64,000 bases of DNA from an uncultured Alphaproteobacteria bacterium (GCA_963752345.1 CAVVYA010000020.1:207229-271228); one strand, 5' to 3'. Counted from the first letter of the stretch, positions 32,523 to 44,357 are shown. The notes: a model not told the origin generated them from the sequence alone. Translations and numbers: made by a program.

Positions 32523-33088
32523 TTATGTCGCCAATTTCAGGAACACGAACTTGGCCGGGCCATAGCGGCGCTCGTCGAGCACCGTGAAGCCGTCCGGCGT
32601 GGCGAGATCCTCCTTGGCGGCGATCTCGACGATGGCGAGCGTGTCGGGGCCGATCCAGCCCGCCGCCGTCAGCGCGGCGAGCGCCTTGCCGCCGAGACCG
32701 CTGCGATAGGGCGGGTCGAGGAACACCAGGTCCTGCGGTCCGCCGCTCGGCGGCCGGGTCGCATCGCCGCCGATGATGCGCACTGGTCTTGCTCTCGCCG
32801 AGCAAGTCGCGCGTTGCGCCGCTGCGCGTCTTGCGCGGCACGGCTGCTGTCCATCAGGGTGGCGAAGGCCGCGCCGCGCGACAGCGCCTCGAAGCCGAAG
32901 GCGCCGCTGCCGGCGAAGCCTCGAGCACGTTGGCGCCGGGCAGCAGGCTCTCGCCGGTGGCCGAGAATTTGCCGTGCTCCAGGATGTCGAACAGGCTCTG
33001 GCGCGCGCGCCCGAGCGTCGGGCGCGTGTCGTCGCCGGTCGGCGCGATCGAGCGCGCGGCCCTTATGTTTTCCGGCGACGATCCGCAT
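32523..33088 (-). CDS. rsmD: 16S rRNA m2G966 methyltransferase (frameshifted)
   Basis: MRIVAGKHKGR, FAGSGAFGFEALSRGA, DLVFLDPPY. Confidence 0.92.
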
Positions 33089-34168
33089 TCGGCCGTGGCT
33101 TGTTGGGGGCGCGGGCCGGGCGCCGCGTGGCCCGGCTGACGACGGTTTGCCGGGGTGCGCTGCCGCGCGCGCCACGTCGGGTGAACGCGTCACGGCGAAC
33201 CGCGTCCGCTCGACGGTTCGCGGCGCTGCAGCTTCGCCTTGGGCAGAGTCCCTTGCTGCGGACGCGGCATCGCGCGCACCGCGCGGGCGTTCGGCCGCGG
33301 AACGTTTCGACCACGGTTTGCGCGACTCGCTGTCGCCCGCCAACGCGTCCTCGTCGGAGCGCGGCCGCGCCGTCACATGGCCGCCGCTGCGCGCCGCGCG
33401 TTTCGCCGCGGCGGATGGCGCCGTGGCCTGGGTCGCCGCGGCCGAGCTGGTCGGCAAGCACCTTGCCCGGCACCTCCTCGATCTCGCCGGGCTCGAGCCG
33501 GCCGAGCTGGAACGGGCCATAGGCGACGCGGATCAGGCGGCTGACCTTGAGGCCGAGCGCCTCGAGCACCTTGCGGATCTCGCGGTTCTTGCCCTCGCGC
33601 AGGCCCATGGTGAGCCAGACATTGTCGCCCTGCTGGCGGTCGAGCTGGGCCTCGATCGCGCCGTAGCGGATGCCGGAGATCGTCATGCCGCTTGGCGAGC
33701 TTGCGCGATCTCGGCCGGGCCGATGCGGCCGAAGGCGCGCACGCGGTAGCGCCGCACCCAGGCGGTGTCGGGCAGCTCGAGCTCGCGCGCCAGCGCGCCG
33801 TCGTTGGTCAGCAGCAGCAGCCCTTCGGAATTGTAGTCGAGCCGGCCGACGGAGATGACGCGCGGAATGCCCGGCGGCAGGTCGTCATAGATGGTCGCGC
33901 GGCCTTGCGGGTCGCGGTTGGTGGTGAGCGTGCCGCGCGCCTTGTGATAGCGCCACACCCGCGTGCGTTCGGGCGCGCCGACCACCTTGCCGTCGACGCT
34001 GATGATGGCGGCGTCGGTGACCAGCGTGGCGGGCGTGTCGAGCACATGGCCGTCGACCGAGACGCGGCCTTCGGCGATCAGCTTCTCCGCGTCGCGCCGC
34101 GAGCAAACGCCGGCCCGCGCCAGCCGCTTGGCAATGCGTTCGCCTTTGTCGGAATTGTCGCTACTCAT
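33063..34168 (-). CDS. rluB: 23S rRNA pseudouridine synthase (RsuA/RluB family), frameshifted
   Basis: S4 domain ERIAKRLARAGVCSRR, VGRLDYNSEGLLLLTND, EGKNREIRK, LIRVAYGP; low-complexity C-terminal tail. Confidence 0.9.
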
Positions 34169-34196
34169 GGTGCTCTAACAATTCAATCAAAAATAT

Positions 34197-34398
34197 CGTC
34201 ACCCTCGGACTTGATCCGAGGGTCCATATCCGGTGTGGAAGATATTAGCATGGAGCTCGGCTGGCAGAGCATGGCGACTTAACGCGTTTCGATGGTCACG
34301 CTATTTTCATCGAATGGCCTGGCATGACCGGGCCGTCCACGTGCTCATTTGTTGTGGGCGTTTCGCCATGGACCCTCGGGTCAAGCCCGAGGGGACGA
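34197..34398. repeat. Inverted CGTC REP pair (BIME-like) enclosing a degenerate copy
   Basis: CGTCACCCTCGGACTTGATCCGAGGGTCCAT ... ATGGACCCTCGGGTCAAGCCCGAGGGGACG. Confidence 0.85.
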
Positions 34399-34486
34399 TA
34401 ACGGGACCTGTCCTATATCCGCCCCGCTGGGTTGTGACCCTTCGGCGATCCGGTTATGGTCCGCCACGAAAGAGGCGTCGAGTAGA

Positions 34487-37206
34487 GTGGGGGTATTTGC
34501 GTTGAAGCGTTCAGGTGGATGGCCGCCGTGGTTCTCGGCCATGGCGGTGTTGGCGGGTGCGTGCTGTCTATGCACGCTGTCTCAACCGGCGGTCGCCGAT
34601 GGCGGTGCCGGCGGGTCCGGGCCATCCGGTACCGGCGGCGCTGCTGGGACAAGCAATGCGACCAGCGCCGGCGGTACCGGTGGCAGCAGCCCCGTCGCCA
34701 ATTCTGGCACGGTTGGTGGCGGTGGCGGCGGCGGCGGTGGTGCTGGTGCGACGGGCGGCGCCGGTGGTGAGGGGGCCGCAAGTGGCGCCGCTGGGGCGGC
34801 TGGCGCGGGTGGCTCTTCCCCCGGAGCATCGGGCCAGCCCGGCGTCAACGGCGGCACGTCCGGTGCAGGCGGTGGCGGAGGCGGTGCGCACGGCGCCGTC
34901 AGCGCCAGCCTTCCAACCGGCAACCTGACAGGCGGCAGCGGTGGCTTGGGCGGCTCGAGCACGGGCGGTGGCGGGGGCGGTGGCGCCGGCGGCTACGGCG
35001 CGGTCCTCACCGGCAACGGTCTCACAGGCATGATCGGCTCGGTCATCGCCGGTGGCAATGGCGGCAATGGCGGCAACGGCGGTGGCCTGGCCGGACGGTT
35101 CCCTGGCAACGGCGGCGATGGTGGCATTGGCCTTGTCTTCACCGGGCACCGGCAACGAAGTGGAATTGCTGTCCTCCGCCGTGATCTCCGGCGGCAGCGG
35201 CGGAACGCCTGGGAGTGCGATCAGCCCCGGCTCACCTGGCGCAGGCGGCGCCGGCATCACTGGGCAGAACCTGACGCTCATCGTTGGCGGCTCGGTGAGC
35301 GGCGGTCTCTCGGGAAATGGCAGCACACGGGCAAACGCCGTCACCTTTACCGGCGGCACCAATCGGCTCGAGTTGCGCACCGGCTACGCGTTCACCGGCA
35401 ATGTGGCGGGTGGCGGAAGCGATACTCTGAGCTTGGGCGGCAGTACGAACGGCAGCTTTGACAGCAGCGTGATCGGCGGCCAGTTCACGGGATTCGCCGT
35501 CTACGATAAGCGCGGCAGCGGAACCTGGACTCTGACCGGCACCGGTAGTCAGGACTGGACGGTGCAAGAAGGCACCTTGCAAGTGGATGGCTCAACTGGA
35601 GCGATCACCGCTCAATCCGGTGGCGCTGCGACAGTAAACGGCACGGCGGGCAACATCACGGTGCAGTCCGGTGGCCTGCTCGGCGGCATCGGCATTGTCG
35701 GTGACGTCACAGTCGCGGGCAGCGGCGTCCATGCGCCTGGAAATTCGATCGGCACGCAGACGATCAACGGCAACTACACCAACAGCGGCATGCTGCGAAT
35801 CGAGGCGAGTCCCAGCGCCGCCGACAAGCTGATCGTCAACGGCACGGTCAACATTACCGGCGCCGCGCTCGATCTTGTGCTGTCGCCGGCCACGAACGCG
35901 AGCTGGAGCGCCACCAACGGCCCCTTCGTCATCATCGAGAACAACAGCGTTAGCGCGGTGACCGGCACCTTCTCGCCGATCACCAAGAACCTGCTCTTCC
36001 TTGACGAGACGCTGGACTATGCCGGCGGCGACGGCAACGACGTCACCCTCCTGCTGTCACGCAACGACGTCAGTCTCGCGACGTGTCGCCCAGACTCCGA
36101 ACCAAACCGCGACCGCCACCGCCGTGGAGGCTCTGGGCACCGGCAATCCGATCAGCGACGCAATCGCGCTCTCGACCGATCCGGATGTCGTGCGCGCCAA
36201 CTACGACGCGCTGTCCGGCGAAGCCCACGCCTCGGCCAAGACCGCGTTGATCGGCAGCAGCCATTTCCTGCGCGACGCGATGACCGATCGGTTGCGTTCG
36301 GCGTTCAACGGTGTGGCCTCGACCTCGACCGCGTTGCTCGCCTATTCCGGCGACGGCGTGCCCGACTATGCGCCGACCCCGACTGAGCGCTTCGTCATCT
36401 GGGGCACGGCGATGGGATCCTGGGGCTCGACCAAGGGCGATGGCAATAGCGCGCGCATGGATACGAGCAGCGGCGGATTCCTGGGGGGCGCCGACGGCCG
36501 GATCGAAAACTGGCGATTGGGTTTGATGGCCGGCGTCAGCCGAACGGATTTCGACAGCGACGAACGCCAATCCTCTGGCGACAGCGACAACTATCACATT
36601 GGTGTTTATGCCGGCAGCCAATGGGGCGGATTCGCGCTGCGCACCGGGGTGGCCTATACCTGGCACGACATCGACAGCGCGCGCTCGGTCTCAATTCCCG
36701 GCTTCGCCGATCATCTGGAGGCCGACTACGACGCACGCACGATCCAGGCCTGGGGCGAACTGGGCTATCGCCTGGATTTCGGCACGATCGGCGTCGAGCC
36801 TTTCGCCAACGTCGCCTACGTGAATTTCGACGCCGACGGCTTCATGGAGCGTGGCGGCGCGGCGGCGCTGACCAGCAGCGGCCAGGCGACCGATACGACT
36901 TTCACCACGCTGGGGGCGAGGGCATCGACGAAGCTCATGACTGGCGCACTCGATGCCACGGTTCGTGGCTCGCTCGGCTGGCAGCATGCGTTCGGCGATA
37001 CGGCGCCCGTATCGCGAGTCGCCTTCGCCGGTGGCAGCCCGTTTACGATTTCCGGTGTTCCGATCGCCGAGGACGCGGCTGTGATGGAGGCGGGCCTCGA
37101 CTTCAACCTGTCGCCGACCGTCGTTCTCGGCATTGCCTATGGCGGGCAGTTCGGTTCCGACACGAGCGACCAGAGCGTCAACGCCAACCTCAGCATCAAG
37201 TTCTGA
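34487..37206 (+). CDS. Type Va autotransporter with Gly-rich passenger (frameshifts near 35150 and 36080)
   Basis: Signal-like N-terminus, poly-Gly repeats, KRGSGTWTLTG passenger repeat, APGNSIG, YDALSGEAHAS linker, beta-barrel ending in NLSIKF. Start uncertain (34487 or 34541). Confidence 0.88.
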
Positions 37207-37219
37207 TCGGAGGAGAAGC

Positions 37220-37240
37220 CCCGCGGCGTTTCGGCCGCGG
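37220..37240. terminator. GC hairpin between convergent genes
   Basis: CCGCGGC-GTTTCG-GCCGCGG; no clear U-tract. Confidence 0.4.
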
Positions 37241-37243
37241 ACC

Positions 37244-37972
37244 TCACCGGCACGCCGCGATCAGGGCGCGGAAGATCGCCGCGTCGCCGTCGCTCAGGGT
37301 GAATTCCGGGTGCCATTCGACGCCGAGACAGAAGCGCTGGCGCGGATCCTCGATGCCTTCGATGACGCCGTCGGGCGCCGTGGCATTGACGACGATCCCG
37401 GCGCCGACGGTCTTGACCGCCTGATGATGCGCCGAATTGACCGCCAGCGTGGCGGCCCCCACGATGCGGTGGAGCTGGGTGCCCGGCACGATGGTAACCT
37501 CGTGGCCCGGCTCGTCGCGCGGATTGGGCTGCTCGTGGGCGAGCGGGTTCTTCACCTCGTCGGGGATATGCTGGATCAGCGTGCCGCCGAGCACCACGTT
37601 GAGCAGTTGCTCGCCGCCGCAGATGCCGAGCACCGGCATGTCGCGCTCGAGCGCGCCGCGGGTCATCGCGAGCTCGAAGGCGGTGCGCTTGTCCTTGGTG
37701 GTGACCGTGGCGTGGCGCGTATTGGCGCCGAACAGCGCCGGATCGACGTCGAACGCGCCGCCGGTGATGACCAGGGCGTCCAGCCGGTCGAGGTAGTAGC
37801 TGGCGAGCTCCGGCTCGTGCGGCAGCATCATCGGCAGGCCGCCCGCCTGACTCACGGCGCCGCCGTAATTCTCGCGCACGGCATACCAGGGAAACTTGGA
37901 ATAACCGCCGGGCTTTTCCGCGTCGAGCGTGATGCCGACGATCGGCATGGTGCGGTGGGAGGCTTGCGTCAT
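37244..37972 (-). CDS. Peptidase C26 / gamma-glutamyl-gamma-aminobutyrate hydrolase family
   Basis: PIVGIT, LGICGG nucleophile elbow, VNSAHHQAV, GVEWHPE. Confidence 0.92.
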   Translation of the reverse strand: MTQASHRTMPIVGITLDAEKPGGYSKFPWYAVRENYGGAVSQAGGLPMMLPHEPELASYYLDRLDALVITGGAFDVDPALFGANTRHATVTTKDKRTAFELAMTRGALERDMPVLGICGGEQLLNVVLGGTLIQHIPDEVKNPLAHEQPNPRDEPGHEVTIVPGTQLHRIVGAATLAVNSAHHQAVKTVGAGIVVNATAPDGVIEGIEDPRQRFCLGVEWHPEFTLSDGDAAIFRALIAACR

Positions 37973-38116
37973 GGCGCGCAGCATAGGGGGCGATCGGGCG
38001 CCGCGAAAGGGCCATGGTTCGGGCGATGGGAGCGAGCGCGTCGCGGCCGAGCGGGCCGGACCCAGCGGCACACGGCGGCTTGACCGGCGGCGGCGCCGAG
38101 GCGGCAAGGTGGCGCC

Positions 38117-38575
38117 ATGCTGGAACCCAATCCCTACATGGTCCGCGCCATGATCGAGGCCGAGGCGGCGGCCGCGCGCGGCGAGGTGCCGGTCGGCGCG
38201 GTGATCGTCGATCCCGACACGGGCGAGATCCTGGCGGCGGCGGGCAACCGCACCGAGGAGCTCAACGATCCGACGGCGCACGCCGAGACGCTGGCGATCC
38301 GCGCGGCGGCCGGTGAGCGCGGCACGGCGCGCCTGCTGCTGTGCGACATCTACGTCACCCTGGAACCCTGCGCCATGTGCGCCGCGGCGATCTCGTTCGC
38401 GCGCCTGCGCCGGCTCTACTACGGCGCGGCCGATCCCAAGGGCGGCGGCGTCGACCACGGCCCGCGCTTCTTCGCCCAGCCGACCTGCCACCACCGGCCC
38501 GAGGTCTACGGCGGCATCGGCGAGACCGCGGCGGGCGAGCTGCTGAAACGATTCTTCCGCGCGCGGCGAGGGTAA
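38117..38575 (+). CDS. tadA: tRNA adenosine(34) deaminase
   Basis: GEVPVGAV, DPTAHAE, TLEPCAMC, FFRARR. Confidence 0.93.
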   Translation: MLEPNPYMVRAMIEAEAAAARGEVPVGAVIVDPDTGEILAAAGNRTEELNDPTAHAETLAIRAAAGERGTARLLLCDIYVTLEPCAMCAAAISFARLRRLYYGAADPKGGGVDHGPRFFAQPTCHHRPEVYGGIGETAAGELLKRFFRARRG

Positions 38576-38581
38576 AGCGGC

Positions 38582-39466
38582 GTGTCCAAAGCAATTTTCA
38601 CCACACGTTCGGACACGACGTACAAGGACGTGAGGGAAGAGCGATATCACTTCCCAAGAACCTATTTGAGGCAGGCAGAACAGGCAGTCGGCGACTGGAT
38701 CATTTACTATGAACCGCGCCGAGGAGAGGGAAGGCAGGCCTACTTTGCAACGGCGCGAGTTGATCGAATTGAAGCTGACACCGATCTTCCAGATCATTTC
38801 TACGCTTATCTTTCAGATTACCTGGAATTTGTGTCTCCCGTCCCCTATCGCGAAACGGCGGGCTTTTATGAAACAGCGCTGCTCGGAACCGACGGGCAAC
38901 CCAATTTAGGATCGTTTCAGAGGGCCGTTCGGCTCCTGCCAGAGTACGAGTATGAAGCTATCCTTCGCGCCGGGTTCGGAAATGTCCTCTCGGCAATCTC
39001 TCAGAATGGCACGCAGACAGGTACTGGCCTGGCCGACGTTGTCTCGGAATTTGAACGGCCTGTCGTGGAAAGCATCGTACGAAGGCCAGTAAGAGACGAA
39101 GCTTTCCGGCGGACAGTGGAAAGGGCATACGACGCCACATGTGCAATGACAGGTCTTCGCATCATTAATGGCGGCGGCCGCGCCGAGATCGAAGCTGCGC
39201 ATATAAAACCTGTAGCAGGGGGACATAAAGGCCCGGACTCGGTCCGTAACGGAATTGCCTTGTCGCGAACATTCCATTGGTTGTTCGACCGCGGATTAGT
39301 CTCGCTCAGTGACAAGTGCGAGATTCTTGTGGCGGAAGAGGTTGTTCCTCCACAGGTCACGCGAATGATCAATTCCGACCGGCAACTTTTAGCGCCAATT
39401 CAATCCGACTTGCGGCCTCACCCCGTATTCGTCCGATACCATCGTGAGCGCATTTTCAAAGGCTGA
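38582..39466 (+). CDS. HNH endonuclease (predicted restriction endonuclease) with N-terminal PUA/EVE-like domain
   Basis: CAMTG, EAAHIKP, DSVRNGIAL, HWLFDRG, YHR (HNH_2-type); visibly lower GC than flanks. Confidence 0.88.
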   Translation: MSKAIFTTRSDTTYKDVREERYHFPRTYLRQAEQAVGDWIIYYEPRRGEGRQAYFATARVDRIEADTDLPDHFYAYLSDYLEFVSPVPYRETAGFYETALLGTDGQPNLGSFQRAVRLLPEYEYEAILRAGFGNVLSAISQNGTQTGTGLADVVSEFERPVVESIVRRPVRDEAFRRTVERAYDATCAMTGLRIINGGGRAEIEAAHIKPVAGGHKGPDSVRNGIALSRTFHWLFDRGLVSLSDKCEILVAEEVVPPQVTRMINSDRQLLAPIQSDLRPHPVFVRYHRERIFKG

Positions 39467-39490
39467 TCGTTCACAAATCGGAGGCTCGCC

Positions 39491-40252
39491 GTGGCAGGGA
39501 AAACTTACGTCGGCATCGGCGGCTGGACCTTCGAGCCGTGGCGCGGCACGTTCTATCCCGACGGGCTGGTGCAGCGGCGCGAGTTGGAATATGCCAGCCG
39601 GCACGTCACCTCGATCGAGATCAACGGCACCTATTATTCGACCTTCAAGCCGCCGACCTGGGCCAAATGGCGCGACGAGACGCCGGATGGTTTCGTCTTC
39701 GCGGTCAAGGCCTCGCGCTTTTGCACCAACCGGCGCAGGCTCGCCGAGGCGGGCGATTCCATCGCGAAGTTCATGGGCCAGGGCCTGGACGAGCTCGGCG
39801 ACAAGCTCGGGCCGATCAACTGGCAGTTCATGGGCACGAAAAAATTCGACGCCGAGGACATCGCGGCCTTCCTCGCAGCTGCTGCCGCGCGAGATCGGCG
39901 GGCGGCCGCTGCGCCATGCGCTCGAGGTGCGCCATGCCGAGCTTCCAGGACCCGCGCTTCACCGATCTGGCGCGCCAACACAACGTCGCCGTCGTCTTCG
40001 CCGACCACGACGAATTTCCCCGCATCGCCGAGCCGACGGCGGATTTCACCTATGCGCGGCTGATGCGCACGGACGGAGAAGAACAAGACCGGCTACAAGC
40101 CAGCCGAACTCGACCATTGGGCCAAGCAGAGCCAGGCATGGGCCAGGCGCGGCGACGCCTTCGTCTATTTCATCGCCGGCGCCAAAGTGCGCGCGCCCGC
40201 CGCGGCGCAGGCGCTGATCGAGCGAGTGGGTGACAAGCGTGCGGCGGACTGA
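39491..40252 (+). CDS. DUF72 (YecE family) protein, frameshifted
   Basis: YVGIGGW, IEINGTYY, PDGFVFAVKA, KLGP, HALEVRH, YARL. Confidence 0.9.
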
Positions 40253-40288
40253 ATTGCTGTTTCCGTGAAAAGCGCCGGAACGTTTCGC

Positions 40289-40491
40289 TCGTCATGGCCC
40301 GAATGATCGGCCATCTCACCGGCATCATCTCAATTCGTCACCCCGGACTTGATCCGGGGTCCATTGGTCGTTTGCTGGCGCTCCGGCACTGGCGCTTTTG
40401 ATGCGATCCGATCAAGTCCGCCATGACGAACTGTTGTGAGCTCAGAGTTTCGCGTCGCCCGCGGAGATCCCGATGAGCCGGGCCATGACGT
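40289..40491. repeat. Cluster of CGTC-type REP palindromes
   Basis: CGTCATGGCCCG.., CGTCACCCCGGACTTGATCCGGGGTCCAT, ATCAAGTCCGCCATGACG, GCCGGGCCATGACG between convergent DUF72 and purD. Confidence 0.8.
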
Positions 40492-40543
40492 AAAGAGGAG
40501 CTGCGGCGGAAGGACGAGCGGTGGGACGTGCAGCCCGAACCGC

Positions 40544-41819
40544 CTACTTCCCCGCCTCGACCGCGCGCCAGCCGATGTCGCGGCGGCAGAAGCCGCCCGG
40601 CCAGTCGATCATATCGACCGCCTGATAGGCGCGCTTTTGCGCCTCGGCGACGGTCTTGCCGGTGGCGGTGACGTTGAGCACGCGGCCGCCGGTCGCCACG
40701 ATCTTGCCGTCCTGGTTCGCGGTGCCGGCGTGGAACACGGTGACGCCGGGCAGCGTCGCCGCCTGGTCGAGCCCGCGGATCTCGCTGCCCTTGTCGTAGG
40801 CGCCGGGATAACCGCGCGCCGCCATGACCACGGTGAGCGCCGCCTCGTCGTGCCAGCGCAGGTCGAAATGCTCGAGCGCGCCGTCGCGCGCCGCGATCAG
40901 CGCCGGCAGCAGGTCGGATTTGAGCCGCGTCATCAGCACCTGGCATTCCGGATCGCCGAAGCGCGTGTTGTATTCGAGCAGCTTGGGCCCGTCCTTGTCG
41001 ATCATCAGGCCGGCGAACAGCACGCCCTTGAACGGGCGGCCCATCTCGGCCATGGCGGCGACCGTCGGGCGGATGATGGTCTGCATGATGGTCTCGGCCA
41101 TGGCCGGCGTGACGATGGGCGCCGGCGAATAGGCCCCCATGCCGCCGGTGTTGGGGCCGGTGTCGCCGTCGCCGACGCGCTTGTGGTCCTGCGCCGAGGC
41201 GAGCGGCAGGGCGGTCTTGCCGTCGACGATGGCGAAGAAGCTCGCCTCCTCGCCGTCGAGGAATTCCTCGATCACCAGCTCGGCGCCGGCCTGGCCGAAC
41301 GCGCCGCCGAGCATCTCTTCGGCGGCGGCCTCGGCCTCCTCGACCGTGCTGGCGATGACCACGCCCTTGCCGGCGGCGAGCCCGTCGGCCTTGACGACGA
41401 TCGGCGCGCCGTGCTTGCGGATGAAATCCTTGGCCGGGCCGATCGCGCGGAAGCGGCCGTAGGCGGCGGTCGGGATGCCGTATTGGGCGCAGAGGTCCTT
41501 GGTGAAGCCCTTGGAGCCTTCGAGGGCGGCGGCCGCGGCGGTCGGCCCGAAGGCGGCGATGCCGGCGGCCTCGAGCTGGTCGACCAGGCCCTTGACCAGG
41601 GGCACCTCGGGGCCGACCACGACGAAGTCGATCGCCTGGTCGCGCGCGAACTTCACCACGCGCGTCGACATCCTCGGCGGCGACCGGCACGCAGTCGGCG
41701 ACTTCGGCGATGCCGGCGTTGCCCGGCGCGCAATAGAGCTTGTCGCACAAGGCGGAGGCGGAAATCGCCCAGCACAGGGCGTGCTCGCGGCCGCCGCTGC
41801 CCACCACCAGAATCTTCAT
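40544..41819 (-). CDS. purD: Phosphoribosylamine--glycine ligase (frameshift near 41665)
   Basis: [52 protein letters not shown]. Confidence 0.97.
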
Positions 41820-41947
41820 GATGCCACTGCCTGCCTAGGAATCGTCGAAGAGGATGCGGCCTTTGCCGCAGCAGGGCGACTTGATACCATAGACGGCGAC
41901 CGCCGGACCACCAAAGTTCCGCCTTCCACAGCAGGATATCCTTCGTT

Positions 41948-43497
41948 TTGGCTCAACTGCCGCTGACACCGCCGCCCGACTCCCGAAGCGCCCGCCGCCG
42001 CAAGGGACTCGGCAATCTGCCGATCCTCACCGTGAGCGAGCTGTCCTTCGCGCTCAAGCGCACGGTCGAGGAAGCCTATCGGCCGCGTGCGGGTGCGCGG
42101 CGAGATTTCCAGCTTCAAGCGCGCCGCCTCCGGGCCATCTCTATCTCTGCCTCAAGGACACCGACGCGGTGATCGACGGCGTGGTGTGGCGCGCCACGGC
42201 CGGCGGCCTGCCGATCCGCCCGGAGGACGGCATGGAGGTCATCGCCACCGGCCGGCTGACCACCTATCCCGGCCGCTCGCGCTACCAGATCGTCATCGAA
42301 TCCCTCGAGCTGGCCGGCCAGGGCGCGCTGCTGAAGCTGATCGAGGAGCGGCGCAAGCGGCTCGAGGCGGAAGGGCTGTTCGATGCGGCGCGCAAGCGGC
42401 CGCTGCCCTTCCTGCCGACGGTGATCGGCGTGGTCACCTCGCCGACCGGCGCGGTGATCCGCGACATCCTCCACCGCCTGGCCGACCGCTTCCCGCGCCA
42501 TGTGCTGGTGTGGCCGGTGCTGGTGCAGGGCGAGGGCGCCGCCGCAGCAGATCGCCGCCGCCATCGCCGGCTTCAACCGGCTGACGCCCGATGGCGCGGT
42601 GCCGCGGCCCGACCTGCTGATCGTCGCGCGCGGCGGCGGCAGCCTGGAAGACCTGATGGCCTTCAACGAGGAGATCGTGGTGCGCGCCGCCGCCGCCTCG
42701 CTCATCCCGCTGATCTCCGCGGTCGGCCACGAGACCGACACCACGCTGATCGATTTCGCGTCCGACCGCCGCGCGCCGACGCCCACCGCGGCCGCCGAGA
42801 TGGCGGTGCCGGTGCGCGCCGAGCTGCTTGGCGCGCAGCCTGGAATGCGGCGCGCGCCTGGTCGGCGCCTACGACCGGCTGCTCGGCGAGCGGCGCGACC
42901 GCCTGGCCGGGCTCGCCCGGGTGATGGGCGATCCGCGCCGCCTGATGGAGGATTTCTCGCAGCGCCTCGACGACCGCTGGGAGCGCATGCGGCTCGCCGG
43001 CGACGGCATGTTCTCGCGCTACCGCACCGAGCTCGCCCATGCCGGCGCGGCGCTGCGGCCCAAGCGGCTGCGAAGCGATGGTCGAGGACCGCGGAGACCG
43101 GGTGCGCGAGATCGGCGCGCGGCTCGACGGCACCTATGGGCGAGCCGTGGAAGATGCGGCGCGCCGCTACAAGCATGTCTGCCAATTGCTCGACAGCTAT
43201 TCCTACGAAAATATTCTCAAGCGCGGCTACGCCATGGTGACCGACAGCGCCGGTCATCTGGTCGCTTCGGCTGCCGAAGCGAAACCGGGCGATGCGGTGG
43301 ACCTGCGCTTCCATGACGGCAGCCGTGGCGCGGTCATCGCCGGCGCCGGTGGCGCGGCGCGCCCGCCCCAAGCCGCTCAGACGCCAGCCGCTCAGGCGCA
43401 CGCCCCGCAGACCGCTGCCGCGCGACCTGCGAAGCGCGATGGCGGGTCGCGTGGCTCCTCGGGCGGCGCGTCGGGCAATCAGGGCAGCCTGCTGTGA
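41948..43497 (+). CDS. xseA: Exodeoxyribonuclease VII large subunit (several frameshifts)
   Basis: [51 protein letters not shown]. Start uncertain. Confidence 0.93.
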
Positions 43498-44357
43498 AGG
43501 CGTGCGGGCTGTCTCTCGCGTTGGCCCTGTCGCTCGCGACGCCGCTCGCGGCGGCGGAGCCGCTGCCGGCCAATCCGTTCGCCAGCGCGCCGCTGTTCTA
43601 CGAATTGCGCGGCGAGGTGACCCAGGGCGGGCTGCTGATCGGCCGCGCCGGGCCGCACAGCGAAGTCACGCTCGACGGCAAGCCGGTTCCGGTGACGCCG
43701 GACGGCGCCTTCGTCGTCGGCTTCGGCCGCGACCATGGGCTCACGGCGCAACTCGAAGTGTCGATCAATCGCGGACCGCGCGAGCGCCGCACGCTGATCG
43801 TCATGCCGCGCATCTTCGATATCCAGCGCATCACCGGGGTCGCCGAGAAATACGTCTCGCCGTCGCCCGCGGACATGAAGCGCATCGAGGAGGAGCGCCG
43901 GCTGATCCGCCAGGCACGCGAGCGCATGACCGTGGCGGGCGATTTCGCCGGCGGCTTCATCTGGCCGGTGAGCGGCTCGATCAGCGGCGTCTACGGCAGC
44001 CAGCGGGTGTTCAACGGCCAGCCGCGCGCGCCCCACCTGGGCGTCGATATCGCGGCGCCAAGCGGCACGCCGGTCCTTGCGGCGGCCGACGGACTCGTGG
44101 CGCTCGCCGGTCCCGACCTGTTCTTCAACGGCAATGTGATGGTGCTCGACCATGGGCTCGGGTTCAGCACGATCTACGCCCACTTGAGCGAATTCGCCGT
44201 CAAGCAGGGCGAGCGGGTCAAGCAGGGCCAGGTGATCGGCAAGATCGGCGCGACCGGCCGCGTCACCGGGCCGCATCTGCATTGGGGGGCCAACTGGTCC
44301 GGCGTCGGCGTCGATCCGCAGCTTCTCGTCGGACCGATGCCGACGGCGGCGCCGTAA
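43494..44357 (+). CDS. M23 family metallopeptidase
   Basis: Signal peptide, HLGVD, YAHL, TGPHLHW. Confidence 0.92.
   Translation: MKACGLSLALALSLATPLAAAEPLPANPFASAPLFYELRGEVTQGGLLIGRAGPHSEVTLDGKPVPVTPDGAFVVGFGRDHGLTAQLEVSINRGPRERRTLIVMPRIFDIQRITGVAEKYVSPSPADMKRIEEERRLIRQARERMTVAGDFAGGFIWPVSGSISGVYGSQRVFNGQPRAPHLGVDIAAPSGTPVLAAADGLVALAGPDLFFNGNVMVLDHGLGFSTIYAHLSEFAVKQGERVKQGQVIGKIGATGRVTGPHLHWGANWSGVGVDPQLLVGPMPTAAP

Noticed and set aside
32669-33520. Apparent rluB-rsmD fusion ORF (likewise DUF374-waaA in 46267-48462, ubiA run-on, mutL 5' extension)
   Set aside because: Explained by overlapping genes plus indel errors; each gene has its normal motifs and termini.
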